In this document: positions 24,816 through 35,450 of the stretch, piece by piece | How the letters are laid out: each line of letters starts with the position of its first letter | Numbering within the stretch: position 1 is the stretch's first letter | Origin: Macrostomum lignano | Taxonomy: Eukaryota | Assembly (NCBI GenBank): GCA_002269645.1 | Contig: NIVC01000900.1 | Span: 338,117 to 402,116 of the forward strand | DNA: 64,000 bases | Direction: 5' to 3' | The notes under the pieces: generated by a model | What the model was told of the DNA's origin: nothing | The model's database searches: none | The model's input: only the letters and a program-made list of their open reading frames with translations | Translations under genes and position numbers: made by a program

Positions 24816-25284
24816 GTTGTCAAGTGTTTTGCATGCTTTTAAATGTGTACGAGTATTTCCCAATTAGCTGTATCAGCTGACCTGAGCTCGACAATAGAAC
24901 GCGGTGTCTCAGTCGACTGGGCTTTTTGTTATTTTTTATAGCGGTAATTTTCCTTGAAAACTTTATTAGCTGGATATCTGTACACTAACCGCCATTTTGC
25001 AGCTTGTATCATATTGTCATGTTGATTAGCACTATAATACTAATATCATGATATCATTTCTAATCCAGTTCCAATGGTCTCTTTGTTAAAGACAGCTTTT
25101 ATTTTGATTTGTTGTTTTTTTACGTAGCGAAAAGTTTATAGAAATATTTATTTTTAGTAATTAAAAATCATTAGTAAAACGTATTCTTTACAGTATGATT
25201 GTCATCTGCTTAAACGGTCTTTGCCCTGTTCCTCATAAATAATAAATTATTTGCGAAAAAATGAGTTTTTATGTTTGTTTTTCT

Positions 25285-25870
25285 ATCTCTAATGAGGACT
25301 AATGAGGTTGCTTGATTGGCTAATGAGGTTGTTTGATTAGCTAATGAGGTTGCTTGATTGGCTAGTGAAGTTGCTTGATTAGCTAATGAGGTTGCTTGAT
25401 TGGCTAATGAGGTTGTTTGATTAGCTACTTAGGTCACTTGATTGGCTAATGAGGTCACTTGATTGGCTAATTAGGTCGCTTGATTGGCTAATGAGGTCAC
25501 TTGATTGGCTAATTAGGTTGCTTGATTAGCTAATTAGGTCGCTTGATAGGCTAATGAGGTAACTTGATAGGCTAATGAGGTCACTTGACTGTCTTACGAG
25601 GTTGCTTGATTGGCTAGCTAATAAAGTCGCTTGATTGGCTAATTAGGTCGCTTTATTGGCTAATGAGATCACTTGATTGTCTTATGAGGTTGCTTGATTG
25701 GCTAATTAGGTCGTTTGATTAAATAATGAGGTTACTTAATAGGCTAATGAGGTCACTTTATTGACTAATAGTATTGCTTGATTGGCTAATGAGGGGTCAC
25801 TTGATTGACTAATAGTGTTGCTTGATTGGCTAATGAGGTCACTTGATTGACTATTGAGGTCACGTGATTC
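25285..25870. repeat. 21-bp minisatellite TGATTGGCTAATGAGGTTGCT (CCAAT-box containing) upstream of SNX3
   Basis: ~27 diverged units, about 13 with an intact ATTGG (reverse CCAAT). Confidence 0.9.
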
Positions 25871-26045
25871 ACAAGTAGGGCAGCGTGACTTTATTATGAT
25901 GTAGCGTGACACAATAAAAGCTAAATTGAACAAAAAATTAATGCTAATCTCTTTCATGCATGCTTTTGTCTCTTGCCGAATTTCTTCCTTTAGAAGCCGG
26001 CCATCCTTTCTTAGCAGCGATTAGTTAAAATTCAAGCCATCCGTC

Positions 26046-26552
26046 ATGTCCAACCAGCAGCAGCAACAGCAGCAGCCGTCTGCAACGCAGCGTCTGCAAC
26101 CGAAAAAGCAGACAATGGAAGACGCCTACTCGCCTCCGGCCAATTTCTTAGAGATCGACGTCTGCAACCCGGAGACGCACGGCCTGAACAAAGACCGCTA
26201 CACAGACTACGAGATTCGGTTGCGAACGAATTTGCCAGTGTTCAAACTGAAAGAATCATCGGTGAGGCGGCGCTACTCCGACTTTGAATGGCTCCGTGCC
26301 GAGTTGGAGCGCGACTCAAAGATCGTGGTGCCGAAACTGCCGGGCAAAGCGCTGAAACTGCAGCTGCCGTTTCGTGGTGGAGACGGCCGATTTGATGACG
26401 AATTTATTGAGGAAAGGCGGAAAGGCTTGGAGGAGTTCATTAATAAGGTTGCCGGGCACCCTCTAGCTCAGAATGAGAAGTGTCTGCACATGTTCCTGCA
26501 GGAGCAGACTATTGACAAGGCCTATGTGCCCGGCAAAGTGCGCACTACTTAA
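26046..26552 (+). CDS. SNX3: Sorting nexin 3/12 (PX domain), intronless, 168 aa
   Basis: Near-canonical SNX3/12 sequence: PPANFLEIDV, YEIRLRTNLPVFKLKESSVRRRYSDFEWLRAELER, FIEERRKGLEEFINKVAGHPLAQNEKCLHMFLQ. Short N-terminal polyQ. Confidence 0.95.
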   Translation: MSNQQQQQQQPSATQRLQPKKQTMEDAYSPPANFLEIDVCNPETHGLNKDRYTDYEIRLRTNLPVFKLKESSVRRRYSDFEWLRAELERDSKIVVPKLPGKALKLQLPFRGGDGRFDDEFIEERRKGLEEFINKVAGHPLAQNEKCLHMFLQEQTIDKAYVPGKVRTT

Positions 26553-26789
26553 CCATTCTCATAGTTTATTGGCGCGTTTGGAAATAAATATTCGACGGAA
26601 TTCCTATCCTGATTGGGGGTTGCATGCTTGGCAACTGTCTTCACTTGTGTAATCTAGTAGCGGGGCTCTTGTTGTGAAAATTGTTATTTTCTATGCATAT
26701 CGTCTATTTTTTTATTGGCTGGCTAATGATTGATTATAAATTTAAATGTCTTGAGTTTTTCTTATGTTAGTGCCAATTTATGCTATTGA

Positions 26790-27400
26790 TGGATGCAGGC
26801 TGAGAAGGGGATGCAGGCTGAGAAGGGAATGCAGGGTGAGAAGGGGATGCAGGGTGAGAAGGGGATGCAGGGTGAGAAGGGGATGCAGGGTGTGAGAAGG
26901 GGATGCAAGGTGTGAGAAGGGGATGCAGGGTGAGAAGGGAATGCAGGGTGTGAGAAGGGGATGCAGGGTGTGAGAAGGGAATGCAGGGTGAGAAGGGGAT
27001 GCAGGGTGAGAAGGGGATGCAGGGTGTGAGAAGGGAATGCAGGGTGAGAAGGGGATGCAGGGTGAGAAGGGAATGCAGGGTGAGAAGGGGATGCAGGGTG
27101 AGAAGGGGATGCAGGGTGTGAGAAGAAAATGCAGGCTGAGAAGGGGATGCAGGGTGAGGAGGGGATGCAGGGTGAGATGGGAATGCAGGGTAAGAAGGGG
27201 ATGCAGGATGAGATGGGGATGCAGGGTGAGATGGGAGTGCAGGGTAAGAAGAGGATGCAGGGTGAGATGGGGATGCAGGGTGAGATGGGAGTGCAGGGTA
27301 AGAAGGGGATGCAAGGTGAGATGGGGATGCAGGGTGAGATGGGAGTGCAGGGTAAGAAGGGGATGCAAGGTGAGATGGGGATGCAGGGTGAAAAGAGATG
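26790..27400. repeat. 18-bp minisatellite GGGATGCAGGGTGAGAAG
   Basis: Directly visible; 2-bp indels shift frames. Source of the MQGEKG and HPLLTL repeat ORFs. Confidence 0.92.
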
Positions 27401-27799
27401 CAGAGTCACAAGTACAATAAAATGAGTAAGCAGAACATTCTAAATAGCGGAAATTCTTGGGTCATTGTTACAGTTGGCCGTGTGTATCCAATGCTTACTA
27501 TTAATATTGCGCTTCTGGTGTCTCGATTTGTACTATTCAGCAATATATTCTGTTCTAACATCGCATATTTCATTCGATTGCGATTCTATTTTATTTTCAT
27601 CAGTACTTGTTTATGCTCGTAATTTATATAGAATCGTTACATTATTAATAAAAATCTTACACAACTATTTTCACTTGATTATCCCGCCCAATCTTCCTGA
27701 CACTCCAGTTTCTTGTTGCTTGCGGCAATGTACTTTTCAGCGCTTGATGTGTGCCATATGTTGTCTGGGGATTGTCTGGCTGTGTTAGAATTTTATTTA

Positions 27800-28795
<996 letters not shown>

Positions 28796-29464
28796 CTATA
28801 TCAATACATTGGCTATTAATAAATGCTGGAAAATCCTACTGAGTCAGCGCGCAGTCGGAATTCCTGAAAAAACCGATCAGTTGTGTGAGCTGCAACTCCT
28901 GCAGGATCAGCTTTATGCTAAAAGCCCAGTGAGCAAGTATTTTAAGCAAACATATTTATATCCTCAAATATATTTACACTGAAGTGATTTCAAGCTCATT
29001 AATTTTTACCTGTAGCCTAAGCTTTATCAAATTTATAGTTTTTTTTGTGTAAGCCTAATTTACTTTTATAAATTAATGGCACTGCAACCAAATTTGTGAA
29101 TTGCGCTCAAAATGTACTTTAGTGATTCATTAATTGTATCTGTATTGTACTCATTCATGCATAATTGTCTCATTTGTATTTGTACGTTATAAATATTATT
29201 CAGAATCTTTTCATTTATTACCCTTGTTAGTAGTATGATAATTTGATTGATTATTTTCTAACGATATAATTCATATTGATTTTTGTGTAGGCTACTTAAA
29301 TTGTTGATTTTCGAAGAATTATTGACAATGCCAAGATTAAATTGTCATGTGATGTATTTGCGGTAAATCAATACTTTTCTATAATTAATAAGCGTTGTGC
29401 AATTAATTTCTTTGGTCAGTTCTGCTACTTTATTCTATAATTCCTTTTTACATGAATTCTGATT

Positions 29465-29870
29465 TACAATCAGAGGCTAGCAGTTGCTAACTAAAGCCCC
29501 CAACCAATCAGAGGCTAGCAGTCGCTAACTAAAGCTCCCCAACCAATCAGAGGCTAGCAGTTGCTAACTAAAGCCCCCAACCAACCAGAGGCTAGCAGTC
29601 GCTATCTAAAGCTCTCCAACCAATCAGAGGCTAGCAGTTGCTAACTAAAGCTCCCCAACCAATCAGAGGCTAGCAGTTGCTAACTAAAGCTCCCCAACCA
29701 ATCAGAGGCTAGCAGTTGCTAACTAAAGCTCCCCAACCAATCAGAGGCTAGCAGTTGCTAACTAAAGCTCCCCAACCAATCAGAGACTAGCAGTGGCTAA
29801 CTAAAGCTCCGGACTAATCAGAGATCAGCAGTAGTCAACGTTCCTGACCAATCAGAGGCTAGCAGTGGTA
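29465..29870. repeat. 39-bp minisatellite AACCAATCAGAGGCTAGCAGTTGCTAACTAAAGCTCCCC (CCAAT-box containing) upstream of LSM1
   Basis: ~11 units, about 8 with an intact CCAATCAG; ends ~130 nt before the LSM1 ATG. Confidence 0.92.
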
Positions 29871-29998
29871 GCAAGCTAAGGTAGACTTTACCGATTACAT
29901 CTCTTGTAATATACTGATTCCATAATAATAGTAAGTGGCTCGATTTCATTTAACAGCAGCGTCAAAATCAGAAAGGCCCACCGGGGCCGTACCAGCAG

Positions 29999-30036
29999 AT
30001 GCAGACTCCACCGAATCAGCGGTACCAGCAGCAGAT

Positions 30037-30068
<32 letters not shown>

Positions 30069-30803
30069 TGTCTCCTGCGATGGCTGTTGGCATAGGTCAA
30101 ACTGCTTATTTAGCAGGCACTGCCACACTGGTGCAGGATGTTGATAAACAGGTTTGTTTTTATGTTCGTAGTAGGGTACGCAGTATGATTTCAGTAGTGA
30201 AAGTGTGCTGTATTTTCACTCATTCACACCATTTGGTTCACACATTCACGATTATTCACTCATTCACACAGTGAATCAATTATTCACCCATTTAATCAAT
30301 CATTCACCCATTGAATCAATAATTCACACATTAAATCAATCATTCACACATTTAATCAAGCATTCACACATTAAATCAATCATTCACACAGTGAATCAGT
30401 CATTCACACATTGAATCAATCATTCACACACATCCAGGTGCTGGTGGTGCTCCGTGACAATCGCATCCTAATTGGGTGGCTCCGCAGTCTTGATCAATTC
30501 GCTAATTTGATGCTTCATCGCTCGGTGGAGCGAATCTACGTCCACGGCCCAGACTCTCTAGTTAGGTTTGGCGACATCGAACGCGGCTTGTATCTGGTCA
30601 GAGGCGAGAACGTGCTGCTCATGGGCGAATTCGATCCGAGCTATGATGCCAACCTCACTCAGGTGTCTGCAGACGAGATCCTTCAGCTGCAGCACCAAGA
30701 GCAGGAGGATCAAAAGAAACGGGAGGAGCGCCGCAGGCGAGCTATGATCGAGTGCGGTCTGATGCCCACCGTGCCCGACGCCTTCGATGAGTTTGGCCTG
30801 TGA
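29999..30803 (+). CDS. LSM1: Sm-like protein LSM1 with Q-rich N-terminal extension (2 exons, ~172 aa)
   Basis: Exons 29999-30151 and 30438-30803 (phase 0). YLAGTATLVQDVDKQ|VLVVLRDNRILIGWLRSLDQFANLMLHRSVERI...FGDIERGLYLVRGENVLLMGE matches LSM1 Sm1/Sm2 motifs, followed by a helical C-terminal extension. The start could lie further upstream. Confidence 0.92.
30215..30430. repeat. ~20-bp minisatellite CATTCACACATTAAATCAAT filling the LSM1 intron
   Basis: Directly visible; runs up to the acceptor at 30437. Confidence 0.85.
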
Positions 30804-30814
30804 CGGCCGCTTCT

Positions 30815-31580
30815 GGGCAGGTCGGGGGTTCGAATCTTGTATAATTCTATCTTGTATTGTGCTGATGAGGTCCGCGGTTCGAGTCTTGTACAATTCTATC
30901 GTTTAGTGGGCCGGTGAGGTCCGGGTTCAGATTTTGTACAATTCTATCGTTTATTGTGCTGATGAGGTCCGGGGTTCGAGTCTTGTACAATTATATCGTT
31001 TATTGTGCTGATGAGGTCCGGGGTTCGAGTCTTGTACAATTCTATCGTTTATTGTGCTGATGAGGTCCGGGGTTCGAGTCTTGTACAATTCTATCGTTTA
31101 TTGTGCTGATGAGGTCCGGGGTTCGAGTCTTGTACATTTCTATCCAATTAGTGTGCTGGTGAGGTCCGGGGTTCGAGTCTTGTACATTTCTATCCAATTA
31201 GTGTGCTGGTGAGGTCCGAGTTCGAATCTTATACAATGCTATCCTTGAGTGTGCTAGTGAGGTCGCAGGTTCGAATTTTGTACAATTCTACCCTATAGTG
31301 TGCTGGTGAGGTCGCAGGTTCGAATTTTGTACAATTCTACCCTATAGTGTGCTAGTGAGGTCGCAGGTTCGAATTTTGTACAATTCTACCCTATAGTGTG
31401 CTGGTGAGGTCCGGGGTTCGAAACTTTATACAGTTGTGTCTGATAGTGTATTTGTTAAGTCTGGAGTTCTAATCAGGCGCCATTGTGTCCGTCTGTGATT
31501 GTGCACTAGTGTGGTCCGGAGTTCGTATCTTCTGCCATTTTGTCTATTACAGTGGGTATGTGAGGTCGCAGGTTCAAGCG
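30815..31580 (+). repeat. 49-bp tandem array of tRNA T-arm/B-box-like units in the LSM1 3' region
   Basis: Unit TTGTACAATTCTATCGTTTATTGTGCTGATGAGGTCCGGGGTTCGAGTC. ~13 tandem copies to ~31430 plus 2 degenerate ones. Variants include GAGGTCGCAGGTTCGAATT. Confidence 0.9.
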
Positions 31581-32679
31581 CTTTATTTTATTCCTTTTTC
31601 CATATTGATCTTTGATCTTTGTCCATCATCAGTTGAGGCTCTTCAAAGTGTTTACCAGCAAATTTCAGTAGGCTATGTACAATATTTCTTGCATGTTGAT
31701 ACATATGTACGATAAATAAAGTTCATGCTGCTAAATTTAGCGCAAAATATGATTCAAATTTTTTCTATTTAAAACTAGCATTTTTGCTTCTTAATGAAAA
31801 CATTGTAACTTTTTTTTGCTATTTTTTAGTAAAATTTTCATTGCACTACTATTCATAGTAGTATTGCTGGCTAGTCCTGTGTACTCTGTATCAAAGCATA
31901 TTAATGCTAAGAGAAAAATAATGACAATAGTTAATTTATACACGCTATTTTAACAACAAAAAATTTTTTTTAAGAAAGGCATCATTAATCTATAACCTGC
32001 CGATATGTTTTGTAATTAACTTTGTAGACAACCTTTAGTAGCAATATTGAATCAAGCTTGAAATGGCAAAATCGTCATTCGGATTAATTAAGAAGAAGCA
32101 ATTAGTTTAAAGCTTCCTTTTAATAGCTTATTTTTCCCTGCTATAAATTTTGATAATTATGATATCAATAAGAATGTGGTTAGAAAAATCACCGAATTTC
32201 GCTTCTAACTTGATGTCTACAATCGAAGATTTGCCAATTCTTCCTAATTGGCTGCCCCCTCTGAGCCAATGAGAGCGAAGGGGGGTCGTGATTAACCAGA
32301 AGCTTATCCGCTACTGCTGTGAGGATCCTTGAGGCGAATTAGTCCTATTTAATCCGTCGTCAGTCTGCAGTTCGGTTTTTTTGTCGGTTTTGTTGGTCTC
32401 TTTGTTCTTCATCAACTTGTCTGCAATTTGTTGCGTAAGTGAAAATGTATCTATTTTAAGCCTAATAAATATCTGCCAGATTTATTCATGCATTGTTACA
32501 GGTAGGACTAACGGATTAAGACGAAACTCTGCTAATTTATCCTCGTTAGCGTTTTGTTAGGAATTTTAACTTTGAAAATCTGACGAATTTAATCCAGAAT
32601 CAAACAACAAGACAAGTAAAATTTACCCAGGTGCTGTACTTAAACAAGAGAATCAAGGCAAAGCTTTGTAAGGGTTGAA

Positions 32680-33205
32680 GGAGAGGAGACAGGAGTGAAG
32701 GGTGAGGTAGCAGAGAGTAAAGGGTGAGACTGGGGATAGTGAAGTGTGAGACAGGAGAGAGTGAAGGGTGAGACAGGAGAGAGTGAATGGTGAGACTGGG
32801 GATAGTAAAGATTTAGACAGGAGAGAGCGAAGGGTGAGACAAGATATTGGACGATCAGAGTGGAAATAGTGAAGGGTGAGACTGGAGAGAGTGAAGAGTG
32901 AGACTGGAAATATTAAAGGGTGGGACTGGAGATAGTGAGGGGTGAGACATCAGAAAGTGGAAAGTGAGACAGGAGAAAGTGAAGGATGAGACAGAAGATA
33001 TTGAAGGGTGAGACTGGAAATAGTAAAGGGTAAGACGGGAGAGAGTGGTGAGACTGGAGATATTGAAGGGGGAAACTGAATATGGTGAATGGTTATACAT
33101 GTATAGGAGAGAATGAAGTGTGAGACAGGGGAGAAGAGTGAAGGGTGAGACTGGAGAGAGTGAAGTGTGAGATGAGAGAATGATTTTAAGGGTTAGACAC
33201 GAGAG
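32680..33205. repeat. Diverged purine-rich ~22-24-bp minisatellite (GTGAAGGGTGAGACTGGAGAGA)
   Basis: Directly visible. Confidence 0.8.
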
Positions 33206-33659
33206 AGGAGAGGGTTTACGTATATGCAAAACGGGCAGAGGATGATAATCAAGCAATGGAAGCCAGAAGCGAAAGGTATATTTAGGGCAGAGCGCCATCA
33301 TAACCTGAGAAGGCTGTGACAGCCTGCAGTCTTCAGTTGCTCAAAGCTAGGGTCACCTGAGCCACTCAAGCCGGCATTATGCATGCCTGGGAAGCTGTAC
33401 CGAACTCGGACACAAAGTGATCATTAATCCCTATTGCAGAGGTGGGGAGCCCCGGATGCTCTGGGCATCTTCTTACACAAGCTGATAGATTTATTTTTTT
33501 ATCTTTTCCCGAAACCCCACATGGCGGATGCTGGGAAATCGCCGATGGAATAGACGGAGGATTAAGGTTTCTTGTGGATATTCTTGTATGTGTGCGAATT
33601 GTGTAGCATATTAGTAGCGGCTGACGAATTGATTGATGGGTTGTATGACTCATTGATCG

Positions 33660-34008
33660 GAGCTCTGACATCCTCAAACTCGACGCCCTGACACCCTCAA
33701 AATCGACGCCCTGACACCCTCAAACTCGACGCCCTGACACCCTCAAAATCGACGCTCTGACACTCGAAATCTGCGCCCTTACATCCTTTAAATCTGAGCC
33801 TTGACATGCTCAAAATCGATGCCCTGACACCCTCAAACTCGACGCCCTGACACTCGAAATCTGCGCCCTTACATCCTTTAAATCTGAGCCTTGACATGCT
33901 CAAAATCGATGCCCTGACACCCTCAAACTCGACGCCCTGACACCCTCAAACTCGGTGCCCTGACACCCTGAAACTCGACGCCCTGACACCCTCAAGTCTC
34001 CACTTTTT
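33660..34008. repeat. 23-bp minisatellite CTCGACGCCCTGACACCCTCAAA with a higher-order duplicated block
   Basis: Directly visible. Confidence 0.88.
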
Positions 34009-34554
34009 CAGTGCTTCTACTTGGGTCAAATGTACATGTAGGACCTAGCTATAACTCTACATACGCGTAGTCTGGCTTTGTAAATCATCTTTATCTTTAC
34101 CGAAAAGAACTGGCAGTTATTATTGCAGACTTGCAGTAAACTATGCATACACATGTGCATCTAAGCAATAATTATGCTGCTTTTTGGTACACAAGTTTTT
34201 GTTGGATTTATCTTAGCACAGCGATTGGGATGATTGGTACATATCTGCAACCAAACTGCTAAGGTCTCAGGCATAGCGGCTAAATTAGTCTTTGCTTGCT
34301 TGAGGGCATCGCGGTAGTCTCCATTAGTGAGCAGCTCTTTTGGCGGGTAAAACGCCAGAGTTCTTAGATCAGCAAATTCTTTTAAAAATTATGCATTTGA
34401 AAAGCATCGAATGTAAAGAAAATGCTCTGATTAGCAGACAGGCAGATTTTGTTGGCCATGTTGGATAAACTATGTTTAGTTATTTAAATGCTCCTTGGTT
34501 TCTGTTTGGCCGTCTTAATTCTCTCTAGTGCAGGATTTGGCGCCACTTTTTTAA

Positions 34555-35450
34555 CTTTTTGGCGCTTATAGTCATGGCGCTTATAGTTTGCGGCGCTTAT
34601 AGTTTTGTCGCTTATCGTTTTTGGCGCTTATAGTCGTTGCACTTATAGTTTGTGACGCTTAAAGTTGTGGCGTTTTTAGTTGTGGCCCTTCTAGTTTTGG
34701 CCCTTCTAGTTTTGGCGCTTCTAGTTGTGGCGCTTCTAGTTGTGGCGCTTCTAGTTGTGGCGCTTCTAGTTGTGGCCCTTCTAGTTTTGGCGCTTCTAGT
34801 TGTGGCGCTTCTAGTTGTGGCGCTTCTAGTTGTGGCGCTTCTAGTTGTGGCGCTTCTAGTTGTGGCGCTTCTAGTTGTGGCCCTTCTAGTTGTGGCGCTT
34901 AAAGTTATGACGTTTGTAGTTGTGGCGCTTATAGCTGTAGTGCTTATAGTTTGTGGCGCTTAAAGTTTGCGGCGCTTATAGTTGTGGCGCTTAAAGTTAT
35001 GACGTTTGTAGTTGTGGCGCTTATAGCTGTAGTGCTTATAGTTTGTGGCGCTTATAGCTGTAGTGCTTATAGCTTGCGGCGCTTATAGTTGTGGCGCTTA
35101 AAGTTGTGGGGCTTGTAGCTGTAGTGCTTATAGTTGTAGCGCTTATAGTTGTAATGCTTATAGCTGTAGTGCTTATAGTTGTAGTGCTTATAGCTGTAGT
35201 GCTTATAGTTGTAGTGCTTATAGCTGTAGTGCTTATAGTTGTAGTGCTTATAGCTGTAGTGTTATAGTTGTAGTGCTTAGAGTTGTAGCGCTTATAGTTG
35301 TAGTGCTTATAGCTGTAGTGCTTATAGTTGTAGTGCTTATAGTTGTGGCGCTTCTAGTTGTGCCGCTTATAGTCATGGTGCTTTTACCAGGTAGTTGTGG
35401 CGCTTACAGTGGCGCTTATTTTTTGCGTTTATAGTTGTGGTATCCTGTAT
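34555..35450. repeat. 15-bp minisatellite TAGTTGTGGCGCTT(A/C)
   Basis: Directly visible; source of the (LLVVA)n ORF at 34652-34963. Confidence 0.92.

Noticed and set aside
30850-31430. Hammerhead-ribozyme-like CTGATGAG core with a possible stem I (ATTGTG/TACAAT) in the 49-bp units
   Set aside because: The required GAAA after stem II is GAGT/GAAT in nearly all units. The single GAAAC unit has CTGGTGA. Stem II cannot pair properly. The tRNA B-box explanation fits better.
30815-31430. CRISPR-like appearance (conserved motif plus variable segments)
   Set aside because: The variable parts are homologous variants, not unique spacers; the context is eukaryotic; no cas genes.
34652-34963. Very hydrophobic (LLVVA)n ORF resembling a membrane protein
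   Set aside because: Translation of a 15-bp minisatellite; non-ATG start; no splice or promoter support.
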